The notes: generated by a model not told the origin, from the letters alone. Positions 21,511 to 32,200 are shown, counted from the stretch's first letter. The stretch is DNA of 64,000 nucleotides from an uncultured bacterium (GCA_963722385.1 CAVRKK010000002.1:448001-512000); one strand, 5' to 3'. Made by a program: numbers and translations.

Positions 21511-21907
21511 CTTTCAACTCTGGCTTATATATAAATGTTACAAATCGGTCCTGCATGCTCGTTCGAGCACGCGCTTTCGGGCCACGCCCCTCCCATTGGG
21601 CACTCACGCGCTCGATCATGAGATCTTTGAGCTTAAAGAGCGAAGATTCTTTTGGGGGACGCTTGTGCTCATAGGTGAGCTTAAGGTTGAGCTCTTTATT
21701 TTCGGAGATAACTTTTTTGCCGGTTTCGGGCTCTTTCACGCGGGCCTCATTAAAAAATGCCACCACCTCACGTATACGTTTCAAGCGCTCACTGCTTTGA
21801 ACGGCAGTACGCATCAGCCCTATTTGAAGCCCCGATAAAGCAGTCAGCACGAGGCCGATAATGGCCAAAGAAATCATCACCTCAATTAACGTAAAGCCCT
21901 GTTTCAT
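21485..21907 (-). CDS. gspI: Type II secretion minor pseudopilin GspI
   Basis: QG|FTLIEVMISLAI N-methylation motif; size and position. Confidence 0.8.
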   Translation of the reverse strand: MKQGFTLIEVMISLAIIGLVLTALSGLQIGLMRTAVQSSERLKRIREVVAFFNEARVKEPETGKKVISENKELNLKLTYEHKRPPKESSLFKLKDLMIERVSAQWEGRGPKARARTSMQDRFVTFIYKPELKDETRDKPA

Positions 21908-22428
21908 GATACACTAAATTGCGCCGTAAAAGGGTTGAGTACAAAGGAATAAACACGCGGGCGATCACGTTCGCGCATCGTGATCGTAACTTCTTGAGCA
22001 AGCCCCTCGGGAACTATATAAAACCAGGCGCTCGTTGACCGAATCCCCTCGCCCTCCGTAATAAGATTTTTACCCTTAATAAAAAACTGGTCAACCGTTA
22101 CGCCGGGCTCAATCGAAAACTGTGTTTTAGCGTAAGGCACCGAGACTGCTTTAAATTGAATAACGCCGCGTGAGTCACGCTTGCCCGAGTCTACCTCAAG
22201 AGCGACCAGCGCTCGTTTAAAATCGAAAATAATACGGTGCAACTTGCCCGTGACGAGGGCATCAACCTGCGCTATGCGCATCAGGCCATTCAATTGCTGC
22301 ACCACTTTTTTATCAAGGGGAACAGGGCGTCGGCGCAGTCGAGGTACCGTGATGGCTGCCACAATCGCCAAAATGCCCAGGACAACCATCAACTCAAGCA
22401 ATGAAAAGCCGCTATTCCTCTTGTGCAT
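21904..22428 (-). CDS. gspH: Type II secretion minor pseudopilin GspH
   Basis: Start reassigned to MHKRNSG|FSLLELMVVL; overlaps the gspG stop. Confidence 0.8.
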   Translation of the reverse strand: MHKRNSGFSLLELMVVLGILAIVAAITVPRLRRRPVPLDKKVVQQLNGLMRIAQVDALVTGKLHRIIFDFKRALVALEVDSGKRDSRGVIQFKAVSVPYAKTQFSIEPGVTVDQFFIKGKNLITEGEGIRSTSAWFYIVPEGLAQEVTITMRERDRPRVYSFVLNPFTAQFSVS

Positions 22429-22834
22429 AAATCCATTCTTCTTGCGGGCTTCCTTCGCCGTGCGGGCCCCAAGAGTAAAGCTCATAAGGCGGTTGCGTGC
22501 CCTTTGGATGCAGGTTATATACGAGCTCGTTTTTCCAACCATCAAGCGGCTCTCTCGTAAGATAAGGGCCTTCCCAACGCCTAGCCAGTTTTTCATCGGC
22601 TGGCGGGGTCTTGAGCTCGTTGAGTGCTGCTGGATAGGCACTCACGTCAGCATGGAATGAATGGATAGCGTTTTGCACCGTATTAAGCGTCGTTTTAGTA
22701 GCTTGTTTTCGTGCTTTACTCATATAGCTCGTAATATTAGGCACCACGAGAGCTGCTAAAATACCCATAATAGTAACCGCGATAATAATTTCGATAAGCG
22801 TAAAGCCATCGTGTGCAGCGCGTAACATTCTCAT
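22412..22834 (-). CDS. gspG: Type II secretion major pseudopilin GspG
   Basis: G|FTLIEIIIAVTIMGILAALVVP; WEGPYL..PLDGWKNE..Y; YELYSWGPHG. Confidence 0.93.
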   Translation of the reverse strand: MRMLRAAHDGFTLIEIIIAVTIMGILAALVVPNITSYMSKARKQATKTTLNTVQNAIHSFHADVSAYPAALNELKTPPADEKLARRWEGPYLTREPLDGWKNELVYNLHPKGTQPPYELYSWGPHGEGSPQEEWIYAQEE

Positions 22835-22860
22835 AAATACTCCTTATCATACGTAATTGT

Positions 22861-24078
22861 TTAAACACCTTCTGCAAGCGTGCCCGCTTTTATCAGCGGT
22901 AGCACTATCGATATTACAATAAATCCAACGATAAGCGCCATAACCACGGTCATGAGTGGGCCGAGCTTACTTGAGAGGCTATCTGAAAAGTCGGTCAATT
23001 CGCGCTCATAGTACTCGGCAACGGTGGTAAGCATGGTATCAAGCTGGCCACTTTGCTCACCCGTGCTAATCAAATAAATGGCGACGGGTGGGAAAAGATT
23101 TGTCTTCTTTAGGTATTCAGCAATACGTCCTTGCTTAATAATATTTTCTCGTGCTTCATTAAGCGTACGGGCCAATATCTTATTGTCGACGATCTTGCTC
23201 ACGATAGCCAGCGCTTCGGCAAGATTGACGCCGCCTTCGATCAACATACCTAGGGTTCGGCTGAATTGTACCACAGCGCCCATTTTGGCAAAATAGCGAA
23301 CGATGGGGATTTTCAGCTTAAGCGTATCAATAACACGCCGGCCAACTTCTGTCGAGCGCCACCAACGCAGCAAGAAAAAGAGCCCTACAACGCCCCCAAT
23401 AAGCAGAAGGTAATAGGTCCTCATGAGCCAAGAGAGCCACAGAAGCATGCGGGTCGGCAAAGGAAGTTGGACGTTTTCGCTGGCAAACGTTTCGGCAATA
23501 CGGGGCACCACAAAATTGAGGAGTCCTATCACAATCAGCATGATAAAGCCGAGCTGAAAAAGAGGGTAGCTTAACGCTCCGCGGACGCGGCGGGTAACAT
23601 CTTCTCGGCGTTCCAGATACGTCGTCAATCTATTGAGGATAGTTTCAAGCTTGCCGGAAGCCTCGCCAGCACGTACAAGCTGGGTATAGGTAGCATCAAA
23701 TACCTGGGGGTATGCCTCGAGTGAATCGGCAAGCGTGCGCCCCTCTTTAATATTATCACGTAACGCTATAACAATGGTGCGCAAGGAGCCCTCGGTTTGA
23801 TCTACCAAGAGGTCGAGTGCCTGAAGCAGCGGAACTCCAGACTTGAGCAAGAGAGCGAGCTGTTTAGTAAAAAATATTTTGTCGCGTATGCTCACGCGAC
23901 GGACAAACAATAACCGCCAGGACCAACGGCCACCAGCGCTTGTCATGGGGCTAATTTTAACCGGGTACAAGCCCATCTTGACGAGGTTCGTACGCGCGGC
24001 GTTCGGAGAAGCAGCATCAACGTTGCCGCTTACTCTTTTGCCATCTTTTGACAGCGCTTGGTAGGAATATAATGCCAT
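22861..24078 (-). CDS. gspF: Type II secretion inner-membrane platform protein GspF
   Basis: FTKQLALLLKSGVPL, AGEASGKL and GEQSGQL duplicated T2SSF domains. Confidence 0.93.
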   Translation of the reverse strand: MALYSYQALSKDGKRVSGNVDAASPNAARTNLVKMGLYPVKISPMTSAGGRWSWRLLFVRRVSIRDKIFFTKQLALLLKSGVPLLQALDLLVDQTEGSLRTIVIALRDNIKEGRTLADSLEAYPQVFDATYTQLVRAGEASGKLETILNRLTTYLERREDVTRRVRGALSYPLFQLGFIMLIVIGLLNFVVPRIAETFASENVQLPLPTRMLLWLSWLMRTYYLLLIGGVVGLFFLLRWWRSTEVGRRVIDTLKLKIPIVRYFAKMGAVVQFSRTLGMLIEGGVNLAEALAIVSKIVDNKILARTLNEARENIIKQGRIAEYLKKTNLFPPVAIYLISTGEQSGQLDTMLTTVAEYYERELTDFSDSLSSKLGPLMTVVMALIVGFIVISIVLPLIKAGTLAEGV

Positions 24079-24174
24079 GCCAAGCCTCTCTTAATGTATT
24101 ACAAGAACAGCTTGTAAGATTCTTTCTTTATGATACCATTTTTTATAGTTCGTTTACTAGAGGGGTAAAATCAC

Positions 24175-25116
24175 ATGAGATATACGCGCTGGGTCTTATT
24201 GTTGTGTATAATCCCTTTTCAGGCAATTTCCCGAGTACTCGATCCTGAGCAAGACCCTGACATAACGCCCTTTCTGAGGCCTATCGAATTGACCACTGAG
24301 GGCATTACTCATTTTTGGGCATGTTATAACGACCCTTTCTATAGCATGGTGCTCCCGCGCTCAAGTATTAACCTGATGGACCTGCTCACTTACCTGAAAG
24401 GCCAAGATGATCCCCACAGCTTTGGATATACGATTCTTGAGCTTTTTCACCTTAAGTGGAAAGAGTGCCGCTGGCATAATGCGACTGCTTTAGCACAACT
24501 TCTTGATCAGCTGCCGGTACTCATCGGCGACCTTTTCGCCAAAAAGCGGGATGAGAAAGAGCTTTTAAATAATTACCTGCACGAGCGTTTTTATGGCCCC
24601 CATGGACCGCAAGATCTGTCTATTCCAGCGCGTGACCTTAAGGAATTTCTTGCCCAGCTTACTGATGATATGTATGAGAAAGTATTCCGTCCCGCGCTTA
24701 CCGCTCACGAGCTTGGGCAGCTCGTTGTACGATTTCTAGAAAGTATAACTGAAAAAGTTATTTGGAATGCGCAAGATGGTATACGTTCGTGGAAGACGTT
24801 CAAGCTTATAGGGTATCAACTTGAAAAGCTTTACGAAGGCGGCATTGTTCCTACCTTAGATATACTTAACCATGTGATCTGGTCGCTTGTTCATCGCTAC
24901 TGTTATTTTATTGAGCTTTCTGGCTCAGCGCTGCCGCTTGCTTGCTATATTGAAATGCAAAAAGAGCTTGAGGAGGGCGGGGCAGACTTCTTGAATTACG
25001 AAGATAATGATAAAAATATCAGGCCTAAAAGAGAAGTTCTTACTAAAGCACTACTCGCCGGACAAGCAAAGTCACTCGCCTATACAAAAAACATTCTCAC
25101 TGATGCCGTAATCTAG
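24175..25116 (+). CDS. Secreted hypothetical protein
   Basis: 313-aa ORF, signal peptide, GAGGGG RBS. Confidence 0.75.
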   Translation: MRYTRWVLLLCIIPFQAISRVLDPEQDPDITPFLRPIELTTEGITHFWACYNDPFYSMVLPRSSINLMDLLTYLKGQDDPHSFGYTILELFHLKWKECRWHNATALAQLLDQLPVLIGDLFAKKRDEKELLNNYLHERFYGPHGPQDLSIPARDLKEFLAQLTDDMYEKVFRPALTAHELGQLVVRFLESITEKVIWNAQDGIRSWKTFKLIGYQLEKLYEGGIVPTLDILNHVIWSLVHRYCYFIELSGSALPLACYIEMQKELEEGGADFLNYEDNDKNIRPKREVLTKALLAGQAKSLAYTKNILTDAVI

Positions 25117-25165
25117 CTCCCTAATGGCAACACATTCATCGACCGAGCAGCAAATCGCTTGCGCG

Positions 25166-25577
25166 GCCGACTTCTTCGCCAAGCTACGACGGGGACGCTT
25201 ACGCAGCGGGCGCGCCTGTGCGGCGTGCAGCAGGGCGGCGGCCCTGCACCCACACCAGAGGGATTTTTGCTTTACAGCCTACCTTCGCGTGCCTAATGCC
25301 ATAACCATGCGGGGCGCATGATTATGGCAAACGCAATTTTCCTGACGGAAAATAAATTCTTTTGTGCAGTAAACCTCTCTACCAAAATATTTAATAAATA
25401 AAAGTCTGATGAGGCCCTCCGTAGTTGCTCGGCGCGTCCTTCGAGGACGCAAGATGCACGAGTAGGGCCGCTTGAAAGGGTCCAGGGGGAACCCTTGGCG
25501 CACGGGATGCAAGGGGGTTTGCGAGAACCCCACTTGCCGCCGACCGCGGAGGTCATTTGCTGCCCGCCGCATAGGCG
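25166..25577 (-). repeat. Modular hairpin-rich intergenic element, copy C (shared half plus different GC-rich hairpin modules)
   Basis: 25166-25354 matches copies A and B; 25405-25577 has other stem-loops; 18/20 inverted repeat between 25213-25232 and 25558-25577. Confidence 0.85.
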
Positions 25578-25791
25578 TTAACTCCAAGGAACCGCTGGTG
25601 CACCGAATGCAAATGTGATTCTATCCTAGCCTGCATCAGCATTCGCGCTTTCTTTGTTATTTGCCTAACTAAAATATTTTGAGTATTCTTACCACAATTT
25701 AATTTTTATAATGGCTGTAGCTCTAGACCTCATAACAAGATCATACGTTAACATAAGAAATAGGCTGCATAAATTCTTAAGGTCGGGAATC

Positions 25792-26975
25792 ATGTATAGC
25801 ACCCTTCTCAAAAAACTTAACCTTGTCTTCTCGTTCACGTTACTGTTTTCTTCGCTTTTGGCAAATCACGGTTTTCCTCGTGAGACACTCGTGCAAACAA
25901 TAGCGGGGTCTCGACCAATCGAGGAGCTAGGGTACAGCCATACCATAATGTGCTTTGATTTCGAGGATGTCCATAGAAGCAGCGTTATCAAGAGACATAC
26001 TGATACTGAGCTTTCACTTACCGTCGCTGTTATTGTAGAAGACTTTAAAACACGGGAAACCGTTGAGATGATTCACTGTGGCTACCAACAAAAATTTTAT
26101 TCTGCCAGCCGTAACCGCTGGGTAGAGGCTCAAAATTTATGTCAGGATGATATATTAGTGAGCAGTACTCATGGGCTCATGCGTTGTAATGGTATTTGGG
26201 TTTTTTCTAGTGGTAGACGCCATTTAATGTCACTTGAGATAGAGAACTGGCATAATTTTTTCGTTGGCAAGCATAGCATTCTGGTGCACAATTATATGCC
26301 AGCGCCTTCGGTCGTTGTGCGTGTAGCCTGGTTGTTCGGTGGTTCAGTAGCTACCGGAACCCTTTCTTGGAATGTAGGAATCGGCATTGGCATTCTTGGT
26401 CTTGCTGGCTTAGGCTTTGGATATTTCATGTCAGGCGAAGAAGCAAAAAATGGACCGTATGCCGAATTCGACGCTGACAGGTTTGGCCAGCAATTCAATA
26501 AAAAGCCCGAATACCATCATGAAAATTTTGCGGGATCATCTCAAAATACTTATGCTGGCTTCGGCAATGACGAATCAACGACTGAAGAGCCAGGTAGCGA
26601 AGAATATGAGCATACCGAGGAAACTACTTCGCAATCATTTGCCAGCACCGCTGCAGGTGGCGAAGACCTGAACATGATCCAAGAAGAAAAAGAAACCATA
26701 CACCACAACCTCCTAAGCAAACAAATTTAAGCCAACAGTCTAAGTTAGAACTCGGAAGATCAATACGTAGCTTTCAAAGACTCATAAAAGAACATGAACA
26801 AAAATTAGAAGCATATAAAAAGAATCCTTATGAACATGACAATGAGGGATACTTAAAAAATGCACCATCAAATGAAATAAGGAAAAAAATTATTAAAAGA
26901 AGAATCGAAATCTTAGGAGAACAGATTACAAATTTTCATAAGGATATAGCGAAGGCAGTCGATGAATTAGCTTGA
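25792..26975 (+). CDS. Hint-domain polymorphic toxin precursor (signal peptide, Hint, TM, linker, helical C-terminal domain), frameshifted at 26667-26668
   Basis: GFPRETLV...LEIENWHNFFVGKHSILVHN Hint signature. The paralog at 32349 shows a missing C (GACCTG vs GACCCTG); restoring it reads through to ..RSIRSFQRLIKEHEQKLEAYKKNPYEHDNEGYLKNAPSNEIRKKIIKRRIEIL..DELA*. Confidence 0.8.
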
Positions 26976-26985
26976 AGAGGATAGC

Positions 26986-27615
26986 ATGAAGCTAACAATT
27001 GACGAATTAGAGCATATTTTTGATCTGACCATCGAATATTATAAACAGCGGGATATTAGAAAGATCTCTTTCCCTAGCCATGATTATTACCCGCGAGTTT
27101 TGTTTAAAAATTTAGACTTTGATAATCCTGAATTTTTGAAATGTCCGCACATAGGACTTGGCTCCCTAATGGATGATTTAGAGGCATGGAAAAATATTTT
27201 AAGCGATATTGACAGACTGCCCTGTATGGTAGATGTCGATAGCCTGGGCGCTATATTAACAGCATTTGCCCAAGTTGCCTACACTAATGAACAGCCATCA
27301 ACAAGAAAAATACCCATGCCTACACTCACCATTGGTGAACTAGAAGAGATCTTCGTCATATTAATACGGTATCTCAAGCAGTGGAGTTATGAAGAAATAT
27401 CTTTTAACGACCCTCGTTATATTAAGATATCGCTCAAAAACGAATACATTTACCTCGATTGTCCACCTTATACCATAGGCTCTTTAGATAACTGTATTCA
27501 AGCCTGGAAAAAGATTTTGGCAGGTAAATCTAAATCATCCATGAATGATATCGAAATGCTTGGCGATATCTTAACAGGCATAGCACAAAATGCGTTTTAT
27601 CATGCATGTCATTAA
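26986..27615 (+). CDS. Putative immunity protein, internally duplicated domain
   Basis: Starts 10 bp after the toxin stop; two ~100-aa repeats (LTIDELEHIF..GSL.D..AWKNIL..LGAILT / LTIGELEEIF..GSLD..AWKKIL..LGDILT). Confidence 0.7.
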   Translation: MKLTIDELEHIFDLTIEYYKQRDIRKISFPSHDYYPRVLFKNLDFDNPEFLKCPHIGLGSLMDDLEAWKNILSDIDRLPCMVDVDSLGAILTAFAQVAYTNEQPSTRKIPMPTLTIGELEEIFVILIRYLKQWSYEEISFNDPRYIKISLKNEYIYLDCPPYTIGSLDNCIQAWKKILAGKSKSSMNDIEMLGDILTGIAQNAFYHACH

Positions 27616-27625
27616 GAGCATAGAC

Positions 27626-27835
27626 ATGGGACTAACAGTCGTTCAGCTGGAGCAAGCTTTTGCTTTGATTATCGCTTACTTTAGACAAAAAGATATCAAA
27701 AAGATCGCTTTTCCTAGCCATGATTATTACCCCGAAGTTTGGCATGAAGATCTGGATTTTGATAATCCCGAATTTCTCAAATGTCCAGACGCGGGCTGGA
27801 AAAAGATTTTAAGTAAGGTTTTTATCAAAACTTAG
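27626..27835 (+). pseudogene. Truncated third copy of the immunity domain
   Basis: FPSHDYYP..LDFDNPEFLKCP nearly identical to the 26986 ORF, followed by an internal deletion. Confidence 0.7.
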
Positions 27836-27968
27836 AAACCTTAAAAACGGAACTTTTTATTTTCCCAAGCTTTAAAAATTCTTAGTTGACAACTATTTGT
27901 ATTATACGTACGCTAGGACTTATAAATACGCTCTTTATTATCGAAAAAAAGTGTTGAAGGATCCGTAT

Positions 27969-30173
27969 ATGGAAGTATTTACTATCAAAGGCTTCCCGAC
28001 TAAGGTCGGTCTCAGCATATTGCTTTTGTTTACTCCTTCATTCACCATTGGTATGGAATGGACGAATTCTCGCAGGTCAACCAGTCCAAGCATTTTAAGA
28101 AAGCGGGAGGAAGCGACAACGCTTCTGTGGAATGCCGCAGCAAGTGGCGACATAGCAGCAGCAAAAAGTGCTTTAAAGAAGGGAGCTTGCATTACGAATA
28201 CTGATCATTTGCAAAGGCAAGCCTTACACCTTGCTGTTGCCAACGGCCATTTACGGTTTGTTAAGTGGCTTTTTTCAAAAGGTGCCAACATTGAAGAACC
28301 TGGCACTCAAGGGCGCAGGCCGCTTCATATAGCTGCTGCGGGTGACCACAAGGATATTGTTAGTTGGTTGCTTGAGCACGGAGCTAAAGTCAATTATTGG
28401 GACTATGACGGTTTACAGCCTATACATTGTGCTGCATCACAAGGTCATTTAGATATCATCAAACTGCTTAAAGAACATGGCGCTCAGATTAATCCAAATA
28501 CAGATCAAACACATATTAAAACACCACTTCATGAAGCAGCGCGAGCTGGTAACAAAGAAATAGTGCAATGGCTACTCGATAACGGTGCTTTTGTGAGCGC
28601 TTGGGATGAACAAGGAAGAGAGCCTCTTCATTTAGCAGCAGGAAGTGACCAAGAAGCTATCGTAAAGCTCCTTGTAATAAAAGGTGCTCATGTTAATGCG
28701 CAAGATAGCGAAGGCAAATCGCCAACCCATTATGCAGCAGAAATAGGAAGCTTAAAAATGCTCCAATTGCTCAGAGGTCTTGGTGCCAGTATTGATGTTG
28801 GCACAAGATCGGGTAAACAGCCAATTCATAGCGCTGCAGCAAATGGCCATCTTGAGGTTGTCCAATGGCTTCTCAAACAAGGAATCGTCAACATTAATGC
28901 TCAAACTGAATATGGTTTGACACCTCTTGATTATGCTGTTATGGAAGCCCGTTTGCCGGTAGTTGTGTGGCTTCTTGAGCAAAATGCCAGTAAAGAAAGC
29001 ACTGCTTTTCCTCTCCATGAAGCTATTTCTAAAAGAAGAGGGGATATAACCAAAATCATTGAATGTCTCCTTAATCATGGATTTGATATTAATAGCGTGG
29101 ATGATAAAGGGAGAACGTTAGTGCATAGGGCTGCTGTTGTGGGCGACCTTGATATGATTATATGGCTTAAGCAGCACGGGGCGTGCATTACTATTCAAGA
29201 TACAGCAGGTTTACAACCTCTTCATTACGCTGCTCAAGGAAAGCGATTGGCGATTGCGCAATGGCTCGTTGAGCATGATGCTGATCTTAATACACAGGAC
29301 ATGTATGGTTGGAGTCCGCTTTGTCATGCAGTGTCAGTAGGCAATATGGAGCTTGTTATGCTTCTTTTAGCGCGTGGTGCACGTATTGATTTGACGGATA
29401 TTTTGCGGCGAAAGCCTTTAGATATAGCTCAAGAAAAGGGGCGTCGCGAGATTATTGACCTGCTTATTTATTATACTGAGTTTGCCCCGGGCAACAGTGA
29501 AGCAAACTCAGAGCGAAAGAAAGAAAAAGAGCTCGAAGAAGTTCCAACAAGCCGAGAAAAAATGAACAATGAGCTCTTCGAAAACATACGCCGGGGGCAA
29601 CTAGAGCTTGTTGAAGTAGCCTTACGTGCTAGAGCTGAAGTTACTATTTATAATGAAAGTGGTTTTTTGCCCATACATGTTGCAGTAGAGGGGGGAAATC
29701 TTGCTATTGTACGTTGTCTTTACCAGTATGGAGCTGACTTGCGTGCTGAAAGCCGTGACGGCCAACAGCCTATCCATATTGCTTCGCGCGCAGGCCACGC
29801 TGAAATAGTACAGTTTCTGCTTAATCAACAGATCAAAGTTGATGTTTGTACGAGGGATGGAAAGCAGCCGATTCACTGCGCTGCAGAGGGAGGATCGGTA
29901 AGCGTTATAGCAGAGCTTATCGAACGAGGAGCTGCGCTCGATTCATGCGATAATCAGCAATTTCAGCCGTTACACAGCGCTGCCCGGCATGGACATTGTG
30001 ATGCAGTTCGCTACCTTGTAGGCTGTGGTGCAGATGTCAATGCCCGAGATGGAAGAGGCTTAAGAGCAGAACTTATCGCTGCCCAAAATGGACATTACAG
30101 CATAGCTGCATTCTTGGCTCAAAATGGAAGAGCCACTTCTTCTCGCTCGGTGAGAAATCTAGCCTCTTTTTAA
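27969..30173 (+). CDS. Secreted ankyrin-repeat protein (about 18 repeats)
   Basis: Numerous PLH.AA..G...IV..LL..GA.VN repeats; signal ..PSFTIG-MEW; start uncertain. Confidence 0.92.
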   Translation: MEVFTIKGFPTKVGLSILLLFTPSFTIGMEWTNSRRSTSPSILRKREEATTLLWNAAASGDIAAAKSALKKGACITNTDHLQRQALHLAVANGHLRFVKWLFSKGANIEEPGTQGRRPLHIAAAGDHKDIVSWLLEHGAKVNYWDYDGLQPIHCAASQGHLDIIKLLKEHGAQINPNTDQTHIKTPLHEAARAGNKEIVQWLLDNGAFVSAWDEQGREPLHLAAGSDQEAIVKLLVIKGAHVNAQDSEGKSPTHYAAEIGSLKMLQLLRGLGASIDVGTRSGKQPIHSAAANGHLEVVQWLLKQGIVNINAQTEYGLTPLDYAVMEARLPVVVWLLEQNASKESTAFPLHEAISKRRGDITKIIECLLNHGFDINSVDDKGRTLVHRAAVVGDLDMIIWLKQHGACITIQDTAGLQPLHYAAQGKRLAIAQWLVEHDADLNTQDMYGWSPLCHAVSVGNMELVMLLLARGARIDLTDILRRKPLDIAQEKGRREIIDLLIYYTEFAPGNSEANSERKKEKELEEVPTSREKMNNELFENIRRGQLELVEVALRARAEVTIYNESGFLPIHVAVEGGNLAIVRCLYQYGADLRAESRDGQQPIHIASRAGHAEIVQFLLNQQIKVDVCTRDGKQPIHCAAEGGSVSVIAELIERGAALDSCDNQQFQPLHSAARHGHCDAVRYLVGCGADVNARDGRGLRAELIAAQNGHYSIAAFLAQNGRATSSRSVRNLASF

Positions 30174-30284
30174 AAGAGGAATGTCAACCAATTAGCTGCA
30201 TATGTTAGGCAAGACCTCTCCTCGATCAGCGAAGCTTTGCGTCATAATTTATCGTGCTTAATAGCTCGTAAGAAAGCCGCTCTT

Positions 30285-31655
30285 CTAGAAACCATACCTA
30301 CTGCCCAAGAAAGGTACGCTTCTAATTTGAGCTGTCCTTATCTCAGGTGAGCTTGGTTGGAACGGTAATTGTGCTGTTTGTTGAGGATTGAGATAGCGCC
30401 TGAGAATATTTCGAATTCTTTCAGCGCGACTTGAAGTCCTGAGGTTTTGAAATAGGTTGTGGTGAAATTGCATTATGGGAGCTGCATCAAGAGGCACTAT
30501 TTGCTGAGCCTGTGTCATCTTATATGCTAGTCTGAGGATAAAGCTGAGGATATCCGGACTTAAGAGCGCGACAGAAATTTTCAGGCTGGTGGTAAAAACA
30601 GAGCACCATTCTGAACCAGATAATTCCGTTAAATCAAACATAGCAAGCGCTTCCATATCACCTTGTTTAACAGCGGTGAGGAATGCCCTATATAAAGTTT
30701 CTGGAGTCAGATATGCAAAGGCTAAAGGCTGAAAGAAAAAGCGCAGGGTGATTTTGCTTTGGGTAGCTACCGCTAGGTTGAATGCATCATTTAGTTTAGT
30801 GATTATGGATTTACGATCTTCTTGCCTTAATTCCTTATCTAATTCGATGACGTATTGCTTAAGAATCTCCAGCGTTTCTTTTATGTTACCCAAAATGAGA
30901 GATTGAGATAAGGAGGGAACCTTTAGCTTAAAGAGCCCTGTAGAAAAATCGGGCATTGTGTAGATACCCGTGTTAAAGAGATCACCTAAAAGGTGAGAGC
31001 TTTCAGATCCAGGGGCAAAATGATAGTGTGTTAAAAGCCAGATAATCAATTGGGAGCTGCGTTGGGCTTCTACCGTGCGGGGTTGAGTTTGCTGGTGAAT
31101 GCTTATTACTTTTTTCAATATTAATGGAGCAAAGATTTTGAAATTAAAATATTCAGCCAGAAGTTCGAAAGCGCTTAAATCCATAACCTTGAATAAGGTA
31201 ATCCAATCAGATTTTGAAATACTTGCCCCAAATTCTAAGAGTAGCCGGACTGTAGCTAAATCTTTGCGAATTAAGGCCCAGCTAAGTGGCGTGGAACGTT
31301 CGGTAAAGACATTGGGATTGGCGCCTCGTTCGAGCGTATTTCGTAATTTTTCTAGCTTTTCTTCGGCCAAAACTGAAGAATCATTGATTAACGCAATTTC
31401 AAATTCTGTTTGCGCTTCCTTGGGTGGTAATTGATAGGGAATAGCTAATCCTTGCGACTCTCTTTGGCTACCGACAGAATTTTTTAATGCCGACGTTTCT
31501 TGGTGTTCTTGTCGAGAACCAAGATATTGCTGTAGGTTTTTATTAAGCTTCCGACATTTCTCGTGGCGTCGTTTTTTGGATTGTTGCTGTTCTTTCTCCA
31601 TAGCAATATTGTTAAAACAAACGCTTACAATTATCAAAAAAATGAATTTTTTCAT
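30285..31655 (-). CDS. Secreted ankyrin-repeat/helical protein
   Basis: MKKFIFLIIVSVCFNNIA-MEK; GANPN..TPLSWAL..VRLLLEFGA. Confidence 0.82.
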   Translation of the reverse strand: MKKFIFLIIVSVCFNNIAMEKEQQQSKKRRHEKCRKLNKNLQQYLGSRQEHQETSALKNSVGSQRESQGLAIPYQLPPKEAQTEFEIALINDSSVLAEEKLEKLRNTLERGANPNVFTERSTPLSWALIRKDLATVRLLLEFGASISKSDWITLFKVMDLSAFELLAEYFNFKIFAPLILKKVISIHQQTQPRTVEAQRSSQLIIWLLTHYHFAPGSESSHLLGDLFNTGIYTMPDFSTGLFKLKVPSLSQSLILGNIKETLEILKQYVIELDKELRQEDRKSIITKLNDAFNLAVATQSKITLRFFFQPLAFAYLTPETLYRAFLTAVKQGDMEALAMFDLTELSGSEWCSVFTTSLKISVALLSPDILSFILRLAYKMTQAQQIVPLDAAPIMQFHHNLFQNLRTSSRAERIRNILRRYLNPQQTAQLPFQPSSPEIRTAQIRSVPFLGSRYGF

Positions 31656-31714
31656 CGAAGTCTCCAAATATTCAAAAATTTGACTCTGCAATAAGAAATA
31701 AAGGGGTCTTTAAA

Positions 31715-32200
31715 TTATTCCTGAAAAAAGTGTGTAAGTAAAGAATTGAGGTCACTAAATAGCGGCTTACCAAGTAAGTCCAAGTTGGAATAATAGTTAG
31801 GATTATAGATTAACGTTAAATGTATTAATTCCTGAATAGTATTGTATCTTTCTTGCATCACAGGAGGAAGAGCTTTATGTCGAAATAAGTTATGGAAAAA
31901 ATCTAATGCAGAAAGTATATCAAATTAATCCATTCGACCGCTACTAACTAAAGAAGTGACGAAATCTAAGATATTCTTAGTAGCATCTGTATTTAAGAGA
32001 GCGATACTAGTTCTTAGACCTTTGTCGAGAATTTGTTGCCAATCGCAATCTATTTTAGAATAATAAAATTTTTCAAGCAGCTCAAGCATTTGCCAATCAT
32101 CCTGCTTAACCGCTATTTGAAAAGCATCAGCTAAAGTTGATGCGGCAAGCCCATTATATGAAAGGAAAATAGAGGTAACGAAATAGTTTTGATTTGCCAA
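31715..32200 (-). pseudogene. 3' remnant of a paralog of the 30285-31655 protein
   Basis: AFQIAVKQDD..GLRTSIALL matches AFLTAVKQGD..SLKISVALL; continues in another frame as FHNLFRH..RYNTIQEL..FFQE*; truncated at the 32201 duplication junction. Confidence 0.7.

Noticed and set aside
22429..22641. N-terminal extension of ORF 21904-22641
   Set aside because: It overlaps gspG; the prepilin motif places the start at 22428.
25406..25482. Hammerhead ribozyme-like CTGATGA-GGCCCT...AGGGCC
   Set aside because: The stem is followed by GCTTGAAA rather than directly by GAAA, and I could not find convincing stems I and III with an NUH site.
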